NCBI GenBank assembly: GCA_018304505.1
Contig: JAGVWA010000015.1
Location: forward strand, 1-35,035
DNA length: 35,035 nucleotides
Source: Nanobdellati archaeon
GTDB lineage: Archaea > B1Sed10-29 > JAGVWA01
Direction: 5' to 3'
The position numbers and the translations under genes are program-made. A model generated the notes under the pieces. That model saw nothing but the letters and a program-made list of their open reading frames with translations. It was not told the DNA's origin and searched no databases. Numbering within the stretch: position 1 is the first letter of the stretch; the number at the start of each line of letters is the position of its first letter. Below are positions 17,697-26,679 of the stretch, in pieces.

Positions 17697-19319
17697 ATGG
17701 GGATTAGTTATGCAGACGTAGCTACTGTGGATCATCATGAAATTGAAAGGCAGCCGGAATACCTGCCTGAGTTCTATGAGCAGTCAAAGGCCTGTGCAGA
17801 TCACTTCGACATTGAAGACGAGGCAGTTGGTTATCATAGGGAATTATTGTTGGGCATTAACGCGAAAATCAAAGAAAAGCTTGGGAAAAGGCACAGTTTG
17901 ACAACGCTTGGCGATGAAATTAATGTCCTTCCAGAACGCGTTGTTATAATCGACGGTACAAGCGTAGGCCTGCCTTTTGGTCGGCAGATGGAGAGGTCGA
18001 TAAATTACTATCTGGAAAAATGGCTAGGCGCGGGGCATGGCATAAACATTCAGCGCGTGCACACGCGTGAGGACTGGCAAAAAGCAGTTGAAGGAATAGA
18101 GGATAAGACGCTGTTGGTTGAATTGGCAACATCAAGAAACATATTCAACAAAGAGGACCACAAGCGCCTCAAGGAATCGGGCTGCGTGATAGTGCCCGGC
18201 TCAATTAGTGTAGGCGGTGAAATCCTTTCTGATAAGCAAAAGACATTTAATTATCTCTCAAACAACGGCACTGACCTAAGGCTGGTAGCGAAATACGAGG
18301 CTGTAAAACACGCAGAGGACAAAAAAGAACTTGCCGGGGGAATCATCAATGCTGTGGATGAACTGAACAAGGATGGCATAGAGAGATTTTTCATAAAACC
18401 AGCTGCGGGTGGTGGAGGAAAAGGGGGATTCAGGCTGATAAAAATCAGAGACATGTACCTGGTGTTCGACCTCTCAAGGCTTACCGGAAAGCTCGAAGAG
18501 CCCGTGCTTCCATACTACTTTCCGATAGCCAGCGACCAGGATGACGTAATAGATTCTTTTGTATGGGTATTTGCCTTCTTTGTGAAAAACAAACTCGACA
18601 AGCAATACATTGAAACGCCAATTGAGGACTTGATGAAGAAATACAACGCTGAAACAAAAAGGGATGCGCTAAAGGCCCTCGTAAAAGACAAAAATGAAAG
18701 GCCACTAAGTGAGATTTACACCCCCGAATTTCTGGAAAGGTTCAACAAGAAACTTTTAACGCGCAGTGAAACAATTGAGTTACTGGCTAATGCCATTGAA
18801 GCATATCCATACGATTACGCACCCGTCGTGTGCGAGCATTTGACATACGGCCCCTTCGGGCTGCGCGCGCATTACAGGGTCAACATAAACGGGATTAAGC
18901 CGGAAACAATATACGCAAGGATATTCCAAACCCAGCTGTCAGAAAACGGCATCGGGTACATAGGCCTTGACAATTTGTCGAACGCCATCACCGGAGACAT
19001 AGAGGAAGTCAGGGCGTCGCCAATGCACCATGAACTCATTAAAGGCGTTGGTGGTTTCGAGGCGCTTGAGAAAACCCTCATCAATGGTGCGGAGGCAGCT
19101 TCGAAAATTCTAGATGCGATGCCGGAAGACGAAAAAGGGATATACCCAGTAAGGCTTGAATTTGACATGACGGCACTGGAGCACAAGCTACACGAGGGCA
19201 ACGGAAATTCATCGCGTGACCTTGCGCTCAATAACTCCTGGGGAAATTTTGTCGAGAACAACGCATACTGGTTTTTCGCTGCCCTTGCATGCTATCAGCA
19301 CGAAAAGAAAAAGCAATAA
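17697..19319 (+). CDS. Divergent ATP-grasp fold protein (RimK-like motif order) with large internal insertion
   Basis: SDKQKTFNYL, FFIKPAAGGGGKGG, VVCEHL, LRAHY, DNLSNAITG and EFD...LHEGN occur in the expected ATP-grasp order. Confidence 0.65.
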   Translation: MGISYADVATVDHHEIERQPEYLPEFYEQSKACADHFDIEDEAVGYHRELLLGINAKIKEKLGKRHSLTTLGDEINVLPERVVIIDGTSVGLPFGRQMERSINYYLEKWLGAGHGINIQRVHTREDWQKAVEGIEDKTLLVELATSRNIFNKEDHKRLKESGCVIVPGSISVGGEILSDKQKTFNYLSNNGTDLRLVAKYEAVKHAEDKKELAGGIINAVDELNKDGIERFFIKPAAGGGGKGGFRLIKIRDMYLVFDLSRLTGKLEEPVLPYYFPIASDQDDVIDSFVWVFAFFVKNKLDKQYIETPIEDLMKKYNAETKRDALKALVKDKNERPLSEIYTPEFLERFNKKLLTRSETIELLANAIEAYPYDYAPVVCEHLTYGPFGLRAHYRVNINGIKPETIYARIFQTQLSENGIGYIGLDNLSNAITGDIEEVRASPMHHELIKGVGGFEALEKTLINGAEAASKILDAMPEDEKGIYPVRLEFDMTALEHKLHEGNGNSSRDLALNNSWGNFVENNAYWFFAALACYQHEKKKQ

Positions 19320-19354
19320 TCAATGTAAGCAATCGCTGTATGAATTACCATGAT

Positions 19355-20701
19355 CTACATGAACTGCGCCAAGCCGGTCTGTTCCTTTGGCGGTTTTTTG
19401 TGGCCCGCCTTTTCCGGTTTCACTTCCGCGATTTCTTCAACGTATTTCTTCTCGAAGTATTCCTGTTTCAACTCCGCCGCCCTTTCCAGGGTTTTTTTTC
19501 TCTGGCTCAAGCCAAGCAGTTTTAAGTCATCTTCGTCAAAATCAAACTGCGCAGTAACCATGGGGGCGAGGTCATTGTCTTGGATCAATTCGGTGTACAT
19601 GGGCAGGTAGTCCTTGATGGCCGTGTTTACCGAAACGTGCGTCAGGGCCGCGATCTTTGTAGCAGTTGCCTTTCGCTGCCCGCGCTCGCCTTTTGTCACG
19701 CTGAGATATTTAATCAGTGATGGGAACGCGTACCTGCCCCAGCCAGAGTAGGTTTCTTTTTTTGACAAACTAACTCCAGAGGTCATTAAGTCAATTGAGT
19801 ACTTCTGCAGGCCCCAGTCCTGGCGTCTCTTGATTCTGCCCATGAAAACATCTGCCCTGGAGATCTTGTCGTATGCCGCATTGAGTTCTTCTGGTTTTTT
19901 GTATTCCCTGTAAACGTTTTCTTCGATCCATTTCAGGAACATGTCGGGGTCTTCCTCGACGCTGTCGAAAGCCTGCTTGCTCTTCTTTGCGTCCTTTGTC
20001 TTCAGCACAGTGGTTATGGCATTGAAAATGTTGTCCTTGCGGTCCTTCCCGCCTTGAATTTCGATATCGGCTTTTGTCAACTCGGAACGCCCATCTGCAA
20101 GCGCTTGCAAGTCATTGATTGCACTTCTCACGTCACCAGAGGAGTTGCGCGCAATTTCGAGCAGGACTTCCCTGCCGCATGCAATGCTTTCCTTTTCACA
20201 GATGCTTTCAAGGATCTTGGTGATTGTAGCGTAGTGCACTTTCTTTACATTGGCAGGTTCGCACGCGGTTCGCAGGCCCGAGAGCTTTTGGTCCCACAAA
20301 TCGTTAGCCGTCAAGACTATTGGACACTTGGCTGTCTTTATTATGTCTGCAATTGCTGATGTGCCTCCCCTGTCTTGGGCGTACATCCCATCTACTTCGT
20401 CGAACAGAATCAGCCTGCGCTTGCCAAAGAGAGTAAGGGACTCAGAAGCCAGGCGGGCATACCGCTCTACAGCATCCCGGTTTCTTACGTCGCTCGCGTT
20501 CATTTCCAGCAACTCGAAGCCATATTCTGAGGCGAGCGCATAGGCCATGCTTGTTTTTCCGCTACCCGCAGGGCCATGCAGCAACAAAGGCTTTGATTCA
20601 ACAGTCCAGTTTTTCATCCACTTGTGTATTTCCTCGATGGTGTTGCCGTGCCCGATCACCTGGTCCAGCTTCTTCGGCGCGTACTTGTCTGCCCACAACA
20701 T
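19355..20701 (-). CDS. rfcL: Replication factor C large subunit
   Basis: WADKYAPK, Walker A GPAGSGKT, ELLEMNASDVR, LFDEVDG, GDVRSAINDLQ and C-terminal PIP-like box QTGLAQFM. Confidence 0.96.
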   Translation of the reverse strand: MLWADKYAPKKLDQVIGHGNTIEEIHKWMKNWTVESKPLLLHGPAGSGKTSMAYALASEYGFELLEMNASDVRNRDAVERYARLASESLTLFGKRRLILFDEVDGMYAQDRGGTSAIADIIKTAKCPIVLTANDLWDQKLSGLRTACEPANVKKVHYATITKILESICEKESIACGREVLLEIARNSSGDVRSAINDLQALADGRSELTKADIEIQGGKDRKDNIFNAITTVLKTKDAKKSKQAFDSVEEDPDMFLKWIEENVYREYKKPEELNAAYDKISRADVFMGRIKRRQDWGLQKYSIDLMTSGVSLSKKETYSGWGRYAFPSLIKYLSVTKGERGQRKATATKIAALTHVSVNTAIKDYLPMYTELIQDNDLAPMVTAQFDFDEDDLKLLGLSQRKKTLERAAELKQEYFEKKYVEEIAEVKPEKAGHKKPPKEQTGLAQFM

Positions 20702-20741
20702 GCTTTATATTGTGGAATAACTGGAATAAAAGCGTGAGACG

Positions 20742-21902
20742 ATGAAGATTGGAATTGTTGGCAAGCCATCATCGGGGAAATCGACGTTCTTCTCAGCTGC
20801 GACCATGGTTGACGTGCCAATTGCGGCGTATCCATTCACTACGATCAAACCCAATGTCGCGATTTCGGCAGTGCAGCTGAAGTGCCCGCACGTAGAACTC
20901 GGGCTTAAGAATTGTTCCGGCGTTGCCCCGTCAACAAGCGCTTCTAAGAACTGTGAAGGTGTCAGGATTGCGCCTGTACAGTTAATTGACGTTGCGGGCC
21001 TGGTTCCTGACGCGCATCTTGGTAAGGGTAGGGGCAATGAGTTCTTGACAGATCTGATGGACGCCGACGCGCTGATTCACATTGTCGACTTGAGCGGTAA
21101 GACTGATGCCAATGGAAACGCTACACTGGGCCATGATCCAGCAGGGGATATTGAATTCCTTGAGAAGGAAATTGATTACTGGCTCCAGGGCATCCTGGAG
21201 AAAAACTGGAAAAACATTGAGAGGAAATCAAAATCAGGCACAGAGTTGTATGAATCAGTCTATGATCAGTTATCGGGCTTGAAGATTGACAAAGGTCGGG
21301 TCAAGGAACTTGTAACCTCAGGGTACGCTGATTTGCTCGACCTCGCAACACGAATTCGAAAGGCAAGCAAGCCCATCATTATTGCTGGCAACAAAATCGA
21401 CACACTGGACGGCAAAAATAACTACGATCGCCTTAAGGATCGGGTGATGCCGCTGTCAGCAGATTCAGAGCTTGCATTGATGAGGGCTCAGAAGGCGGGC
21501 CTGATCGCCTACATCCGTGGCAACGCGTTTTTCATGCCTCTAGAAAAATTGAATGGAAAACCAGAAGCCATAGCCGCGCTGGAGCAAATAAAGAAGAGCA
21601 CCCTAGATGTGTTTAAAACAACAGGTATGCTAGAGCTCCTTCACAATGTCGTGTTCGATGTCCTGGAATACATTCCTGTTTACCCGGTCGAGGACGAGAA
21701 TAAGTTCACAGACGGGAAAGGGCGTGTACTTCCTGACGTGAAGCTGATGAAAAAAGGCAGTACTGCGCTTGATTTGGCTTTTGCAGTGCACACGAGCATC
21801 GGCGAGGGCTTCATCGGCGCAATTGACGCGCGCACAAAAAAGCGTATCGGCAAGGACTATGTGCTCAAGGCAAATGACATTATAAAGATCCAGAAAAAGT
21901 GA
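20742..21902 (+). CDS. ychF: Archaeal YchF/OBG-family translation-associated NTPase with TGS domain
   Basis: GKPSSGKST, YPFTTIKPN, IDVAGLVPDAHLGKGRGNEFL, NKID and C-terminal TGS domain (TALDLAFAVHT). Confidence 0.93.
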   Translation: MKIGIVGKPSSGKSTFFSAATMVDVPIAAYPFTTIKPNVAISAVQLKCPHVELGLKNCSGVAPSTSASKNCEGVRIAPVQLIDVAGLVPDAHLGKGRGNEFLTDLMDADALIHIVDLSGKTDANGNATLGHDPAGDIEFLEKEIDYWLQGILEKNWKNIERKSKSGTELYESVYDQLSGLKIDKGRVKELVTSGYADLLDLATRIRKASKPIIIAGNKIDTLDGKNNYDRLKDRVMPLSADSELALMRAQKAGLIAYIRGNAFFMPLEKLNGKPEAIAALEQIKKSTLDVFKTTGMLELLHNVVFDVLEYIPVYPVEDENKFTDGKGRVLPDVKLMKKGSTALDLAFAVHTSIGEGFIGAIDARTKKRIGKDYVLKANDIIKIQKK

Positions 21903-21966
21903 AGAAAAAGAAGAAAGAAAAATAAAAATTGGAAAAATGAGGGATTGGAAAAACCCGGAGTCAACC

Positions 21967-22245
21967 TTAGAAGTCGAACTTGGTTTTTTCCTGGTCCTTG
22001 AACAGCACTGACTCGATGTCGTCGCCTTCTAGGTCCTTGGCAAAGTCTGCTTCTTCATGTTTCAGGTATTGGCTTTGATCAACCAGTCCAAGTTCTTGTT
22101 TCTTGCGTTTTATTCTCGCAAGCGTCATGAAGTAAGCGTCCGTCAGGGTGTCAAGGCCTATCTGCGGTTTTTCCCGCTCATGGGTCAGTTCCTTGATGTA
22201 GAGCTCAATTATCTTGTAAGCGATTTCATCATCTGGGTCCATCAT
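21967..22245 (-). CDS. Small hypothetical protein, acidic C-terminus
   Basis: 92-aa ORF, last of three co-directional genes; GAAGGT SD-like site upstream. Confidence 0.7.
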   Translation of the reverse strand: MMDPDDEIAYKIIELYIKELTHEREKPQIGLDTLTDAYFMTLARIKRKKQELGLVDQSQYLKHEEADFAKDLEGDDIESVLFKDQEKTKFDF

Positions 22246-22294
22246 TATACCTTCTCCGTGTCTCTCCGTTTAGTTCAGTAATCACTGGACGTAT

Positions 22295-23134
22295 TTATTC
22301 CTTTAGCCCGTATTTCTGGACTAGGCCGAATTCGTCAAACTTGAGCTTCTTGCCCTTCTTAAATGCCTCTAGGAGTTGTCTGGCTTTTTCCTCGTCTGCC
22401 AACTCCTGCTGCTTGGCCATCTTGTCCCGTTCCGTTTTCCGTTTAACATCATGGTCCTTGCGTGTCTTTTTCTTTGCATTCAGAAGTGCAACGATTTGTT
22501 TGTGTAGCCCGTCTGCCTGCTTCATTTTTTCCGAAATGACCTTGTCGATCTCCTTCAGGGCCTTTATTATTTCGCGTTTCTTGTCCTGTTTTTCCCGGAT
22601 CTGCTGGTGGTAAACTTCGCTTTGTTCCGCGTGCTTTAACACGTTCTCATGCGTCTGTTTTTGCTTCACCCTGAGCGTTTTCAGTTTTTTGAACAAGTCA
22701 GATGCCTGTTTTTTGAATTCGGCTTCCTCTTTCAGTGACGAGATTTCGATTTCCATGGCCTGCATTTGCTTTACGAATTCCTTTTCGCGCGCTGGCGAGA
22801 GGAGCTCTGTTTGGTAGAACCAGTCCATTTTGTAGAGTTTGTCTCTGAGTACACTGATCGGGGTGTGCCTTTCATCGGTGCTGTCGGCGCGTCTCGGCTG
22901 TTTTAGTATCGGGTTCTTGCCAAGTTCCTTGAGCGCCTTGTCGATTTCAGACCTTGCTTGTTTAAATTTTTTGACGTCAGCGTTTTCCGTGTCCCGTTTT
23001 GCTTTGAGGTCATTTATGTCTTTGTTGGCTGAGTCGAGTTGTGACTTGATTTGTTTCTTTTTCTGGATGTGTTCCTTGACCTCTGCGTTGATCTTATCGC
23101 GTTGTTCTTTCAGGCCATTGATTTCTTGTTCCAT
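22295..23134 (-). CDS. Archaeal long coiled-coil protein (COG1340-like)
   Basis: Continuous Lys/Glu-rich heptads with motifs RDKINAEVK, MDWFYQTELLSPAREKEFVKQM and C-terminal FKKGKKLKFDE, recalled as typical of this family. Confidence 0.75.
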   Translation of the reverse strand: MEQEINGLKEQRDKINAEVKEHIQKKKQIKSQLDSANKDINDLKAKRDTENADVKKFKQARSEIDKALKELGKNPILKQPRRADSTDERHTPISVLRDKLYKMDWFYQTELLSPAREKEFVKQMQAMEIEISSLKEEAEFKKQASDLFKKLKTLRVKQKQTHENVLKHAEQSEVYHQQIREKQDKKREIIKALKEIDKVISEKMKQADGLHKQIVALLNAKKKTRKDHDVKRKTERDKMAKQQELADEEKARQLLEAFKKGKKLKFDEFGLVQKYGLKE

Positions 23135-23138
23135 TTGT

Positions 23139-23864
23139 TTACACTTCGGTTTCCTTTTCCTTGGGGGCCAGCCAGTCCAAGCCGTATTCCTTGAATGTCC
23201 GCAGCCTACCGACGAGGTAGACGTCGACGCCGATCTTAATGAGTAAGGCGCCGATCATGGCCAACACGATTTGCGTCACGAATGGCACGATTTGCAGCGA
23301 TATCTTCAGGATGTCGACGATGCTTCCCAGCGAGTACATGATCATCATGATGCCGAGTATTATTATGGCGAGGCTTATCATGTTTTTCGTTGACCCCCTG
23401 AGCCTGATTTTGTTCACGTCGTCGTTGAGCTGTTCAAGTTTGTAGTTGGCGTCCATCTTGAACGCGAAGAGCTCAGAGTTTAGCCTGTTGACCTCGTCTG
23501 CCATTTCGCCGCGCTGCTTGTCCACGTATTTCTTTTGTTCCAGGAACTTCAAATCGGCTTGCAGCGCAAGGTCTTTTTTTGATGAGTCTATTGTTTTGTC
23601 AACGTACTCTGTCAGGACGCGTTCCTTTTTCAGCATTTCCTTGGAAACGATTTTCGAGGTCTCGGCCTCTTCCATTTCCCTGAAGCGCGCATTCGCCGTT
23701 TCGAATATCTGCAGTGCATCCTGTTCTGCGATGTTCATCTGCCGCAGGGTGCTGACGATCTGCTGCTTGGGCGTCTTGTCCCTGAGCATTTGCAGTACGG
23801 TGTCTGCGATGTTTCCTTGCCCCGCTGCAGGTGATTGAGAATTAGGCATGTTCTGTTTACTCAT
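23139..23864 (-). CDS. Hypothetical membrane protein (helical/coiled-coil N-terminus, two C-terminal TM segments)
   Basis: 241-aa ORF; hydrophobic segments ISLAIIILGIMMIMYSL and IVPFVTQIVLAMIGALLI; 4-bp gap to the next gene. Confidence 0.75.
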   Translation of the reverse strand: MSKQNMPNSQSPAAGQGNIADTVLQMLRDKTPKQQIVSTLRQMNIAEQDALQIFETANARFREMEEAETSKIVSKEMLKKERVLTEYVDKTIDSSKKDLALQADLKFLEQKKYVDKQRGEMADEVNRLNSELFAFKMDANYKLEQLNDDVNKIRLRGSTKNMISLAIIILGIMMIMYSLGSIVDILKISLQIVPFVTQIVLAMIGALLIKIGVDVYLVGRLRTFKEYGLDWLAPKEKETEV

Positions 23865-23890
23865 TTTGATATATATATTCCTTTCATGAA

Positions 23891-23948
23891 TTCACCGAGC
23901 CTGGTTTAAACTGGTGCCAACTGGATAACGTTGCAAAATCTTTATTAG
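23891..23948 (+). repeat. Direct repeat, left copy (25 bp exact core plus degenerate promoter-like extension)
   Basis: ttcaccgagcctggtttaaactggt at 23891..23915 is identical to 24421..24445. Similarity continues through gttgcaaaa...ttt..tag. Confidence 0.92.
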
Positions 23949-23977
23949 CGCGTCTTTTTATAATTATGTTGAGCAAT

Positions 23978-24199
23978 ATGAACAGGATGACGACATTAAC
24001 AGCAGCACTGATAAAAGAAGAGGACATGTACATTGCAAAGTGTCCTGAACTTGGAACCGTGAGCCAGGGCAGAACCATCGAGGAAGCTTTGGCGAACCTA
24101 AAGGAAGCAACTGAATTATATCTGGAAGAGTTTCCGTTAACGCAGTCGCCTAAAGTATTGCTCACCACCTTTGAGGTGAGCGATGTTGTCAAGGCTTAA
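23978..24199 (+). CDS. hicB: HicB-family antitoxin (short form, no DNA-binding domain)
   Basis: LIKEEDMYIAKCPELGTVSQGRTIEEALANLKEATELYLE is a classic HicB N-domain. Start could be 23966, 23978 or 23987. Confidence 0.92.
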   Translation: MNRMTTLTAALIKEEDMYIAKCPELGTVSQGRTIEEALANLKEATELYLEEFPLTQSPKVLLTTFEVSDVVKA

Positions 24200-24416
24200 G
24201 AAGATTTCTGGAAAGGACTGCATAAAGATCTTGTGCAACAAGTTCGGGTTTTTACCAGTACGGCAGCGGGGCAGCCACGTTGTCATGACAAAGCAAACCG
24301 ATTCCGGAAAGATCGGCACGGTAGTGCCCCTGCACAAGGAACTGAAAATCGCAACTCTGAAAAACGCGCTGGCGCTCGCAAAGATAGACGAAGACGACTT
24401 TGTGCAGTTCATCTAA
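24183..24416 (+). CDS. hicA: HicA-family mRNA interferase toxin
   Basis: ISGKDCIKIL..FGF.PVRQRGSHVVM...TVVPLHKELKIATLKNAL with the conserved GSH His. Overlaps the 3' end of hicB. Confidence 0.93.
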   Translation: MLSRLKKISGKDCIKILCNKFGFLPVRQRGSHVVMTKQTDSGKIGTVVPLHKELKIATLKNALALAKIDEDDFVQFI

Positions 24417-24420
24417 TTTT

Positions 24421-24467
24421 TTCACCGAGCCTGGTTTAAACTGGTTAAAGTTGCAAAAAGCTTTTAG
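24421..24467 (+). repeat. Direct repeat, right copy; overlaps the probable promoter of the pilus ATPase operon
   Basis: Same 25-bp core, followed by BRE/TATA-like gcaaaaagcttttag about 25 bp before the ATG at 24492. Confidence 0.9.
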
Positions 24468-24491
24468 TGTAGTGTTGACATAAATAAAAGC

Positions 24492-25769
24492 ATGCAGCAG
24501 GAAATGAATCTCAAGGCCCTGACCGAGAGAAGAGAACTTGAATTGCGCACCCTGGGGTGGAGCAAGAGCGATTTTGAGGTCTCAATGGTGCTGGTTTCGA
24601 ATGACGCCTACGCTGTTGCGGAAACGCAGCATGAGAAGGTCTTTATCCTGCATTACAAGCGCCCAAGCCACGACGAGGCAAGGCTCATTGAGATGGTCAT
24701 AAATGCGTTTAGGCATAGCGATGAGGAATATGACGAGCGCATAATTGAGGACCTGATGAGCGAGTACTGCGAGGCCAACTATCTGAAAATCACAAGGCAG
24801 CAGGCTGACAATTTAAAGGATTACATCGCAAAAGAAACAAAAGGGCACTCGATTTTTGATTGCCTTTTGGAAATCGAGGACCTGGAAGAGGTCACGGTCC
24901 ACGAAGTTGGGAAGAACATTTTCGTGTACCACAAGGACTTCGGCTGGCTCAAGACCAACATTGTTTTCGAAAACGAGCAAAAGCTCATTGACATAATAAA
25001 TAAAATGGCACGCCCTCTCGGGCGCAGGATTACAAGGAAGAGCCCGAGGATTAACGCGTCGCTCGATTTCGGGAGGCTGCATGCGTCATCAAGGCCGCTG
25101 GCCAAGACCACGAACATGACGATCAGGAAGTTCAGGCACAATCCGTTTACTGTCGACGAGCTCGTGGCAAATTCAACAATGTCTTTGGCGGCTGCCGATT
25201 TTCTGAAAAAATCTATTGCGATGGACTCAAATATACTGATTTGCGGCAACACGGGCAGCGGCAAGACGTCTCTGCTCAACGCGCTGATAAACTGCATTCA
25301 ATTGAACCAGCGGCTCATTATTGTAGAGGAAACGCCGGAAATTCGGGCAGGGCATTACCATCAGGTTTCCCTGGCCGTGGATGAATCAATAAACGTTGGC
25401 ATGCACGACCTCATAACTGACACGCTGCGAATGAGGCCAGACAAGGTCATTGTCGGTGAAGTGAGGACTGCGCAGGAATTCAAGGCCCTGATGAACACGA
25501 TGCTGTCTGGCCAAGGAAAGGGGTCCATTGCGACGATGCATGCCCACAGTGCAGAAGAGGCACTGATGAGGATAAAAAACCAGGGCATCGACGTCCAGGA
25601 CCTGACGACGATTGATTTTATCGTTGTACAGAAGCGCATCACAACGCCCGAGGGGCTGGACAAGCGCAGGGTTACAGAGATATGCAGTGTAGAATCGGGA
25701 AGCAAAGGCCCTGTGTTGAAACACATCTTCCGATTCAACGAGAAAACCGATGAACTGGAAGCCTGTTGA
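24492..25769 (+). CDS. Type II/IV secretion, Tad/CpaF (VirB11-like) pilus assembly ATPase
   Basis: Walker A GNTGSGKT, Asp box VEETPEI, LRMRPDKVIVGEVR (Walker B), His box TMHAHS, TIRKF and RRVTEI. Confidence 0.93.
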   Translation: MQQEMNLKALTERRELELRTLGWSKSDFEVSMVLVSNDAYAVAETQHEKVFILHYKRPSHDEARLIEMVINAFRHSDEEYDERIIEDLMSEYCEANYLKITRQQADNLKDYIAKETKGHSIFDCLLEIEDLEEVTVHEVGKNIFVYHKDFGWLKTNIVFENEQKLIDIINKMARPLGRRITRKSPRINASLDFGRLHASSRPLAKTTNMTIRKFRHNPFTVDELVANSTMSLAAADFLKKSIAMDSNILICGNTGSGKTSLLNALINCIQLNQRLIIVEETPEIRAGHYHQVSLAVDESINVGMHDLITDTLRMRPDKVIVGEVRTAQEFKALMNTMLSGQGKGSIATMHAHSAEEALMRIKNQGIDVQDLTTIDFIVVQKRITTPEGLDKRRVTEICSVESGSKGPVLKHIFRFNEKTDELEAC

Positions 25770-25778
25770 ATTTGATGC

Positions 25779-25818
25779 GAAGATGTTGTGAAGATGTTGT
25801 GAAGATGTTGTGAAGATG
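25779..25818 (+). repeat. Perfect 11-bp tandem repeat (gaagatgttgt x3 plus 7 nt) between the ATPase and the first platform gene
   Basis: Units at 25779, 25790 and 25801, partial unit at 25812. Confidence 0.95.
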
Positions 25819-25840
25819 AGGTATAAGTTGGAGGTAATGG

Positions 25841-26679
25841 ATGAACGAGGCGGCGTACTTTTTTGTAAGCAAATTTCATTTCACGTCTGCGTTCGCGTCG
25901 CAAGTTACGCTGAAAAAACTCGACGCTGCGCTAAGGGAAGCGCGCATGGATTTCTCAGCTGCAGAGTTTTTTTCGCTATCCTTTGGCGTTGCAGCCACGG
26001 CGGCCCTGTTGTTCATGACTGTTGCTTGGGTGCTTGATGCCAAGCTGCTCGCGCTTTCGCCAATGGTTTTCGCCCTTACTGCATACGCAACGTTAAAGTT
26101 TCCAGAAAGGTTGTTGTCGAGAAAAATTGCTGTGCTTGAGCGCGAATTGCCCGCGTTTCTGAGAATCGTGGTACTGCGGTTGCGCGCAGGCTCCTCTGTT
26201 GAGGACGCCTTATTTATGCCATCGCGCTCGTTTCCAAGCATCTACGCCCGGCTGAAAGCTGTGAAGTCAAACATCGACAACGGCATGGGGTTTGAAAAAT
26301 CGATTGCCCAGAACTTCATGAAACTGGAAAGCCTGCCTGTTAAGCAGAGCTTTTCACCTGATCGAGACGCTTTTCCTACCTGATCGAGACGTATAAACGT
26401 GGCTCCGGCGTTGATGTTCTGCAGCGTGCTGCTGGTGAACAGGCCAGGGTGCACCTAATGAAGCTGAAAAAATACAACTCGAAAATAGTCCTGTATTCCC
26501 TGGTTTTAGTGGCTATGTCGTCAGTGGTGCCCGCGCTTTTCGAGGCCTTCGCCATAATCGGATCGATTTTTCTTGAGGTGTCAATTGCGCCGCAGGAGTT
26601 GTTTTGGATTGTCGCGCTTGGGTTTCCGCTGATCAATTCCATTATAGTGCTTGTGATGATTGTGAAGAGGCCGGTTTGA
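25841..26679 (+). pseudogene. TadB/TadC-like (T2SS F-domain) pilus platform protein, frameshifted by a 20-bp duplication at 26349..26368
   Basis: LERELPAFLR...LRAGSSVEDAL motif. Removing the extra 20 bp joins ORFs 25841..26383 and 26449..26679 into one 272-aa frame (..KQSFSYLIETYKRGSGVDVLQRAAGEQARVHLMKLKKY..). GGAGGT SD upstream. Confidence 0.85.

Noticed and set aside
9008-20701. Inteins in LonB or RFC-L
   Set aside because: Both proteins have normal length and continuous motifs, with no intein boundary or endonuclease signatures.
23945-23975. XerC/D-type dif site beside hicB (ttatgttgagc resembles a XerD arm)
   Set aside because: No matching left arm and no convincing partner site on the other side of the cassette.
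25779-25818. CRISPR array (also considered for 13185-13265 and the 25-bp pair at 23891/24421)
   Set aside because: Units are contiguous with no unique spacers, or only two copies lie 530 bp apart; no cas genes seen.
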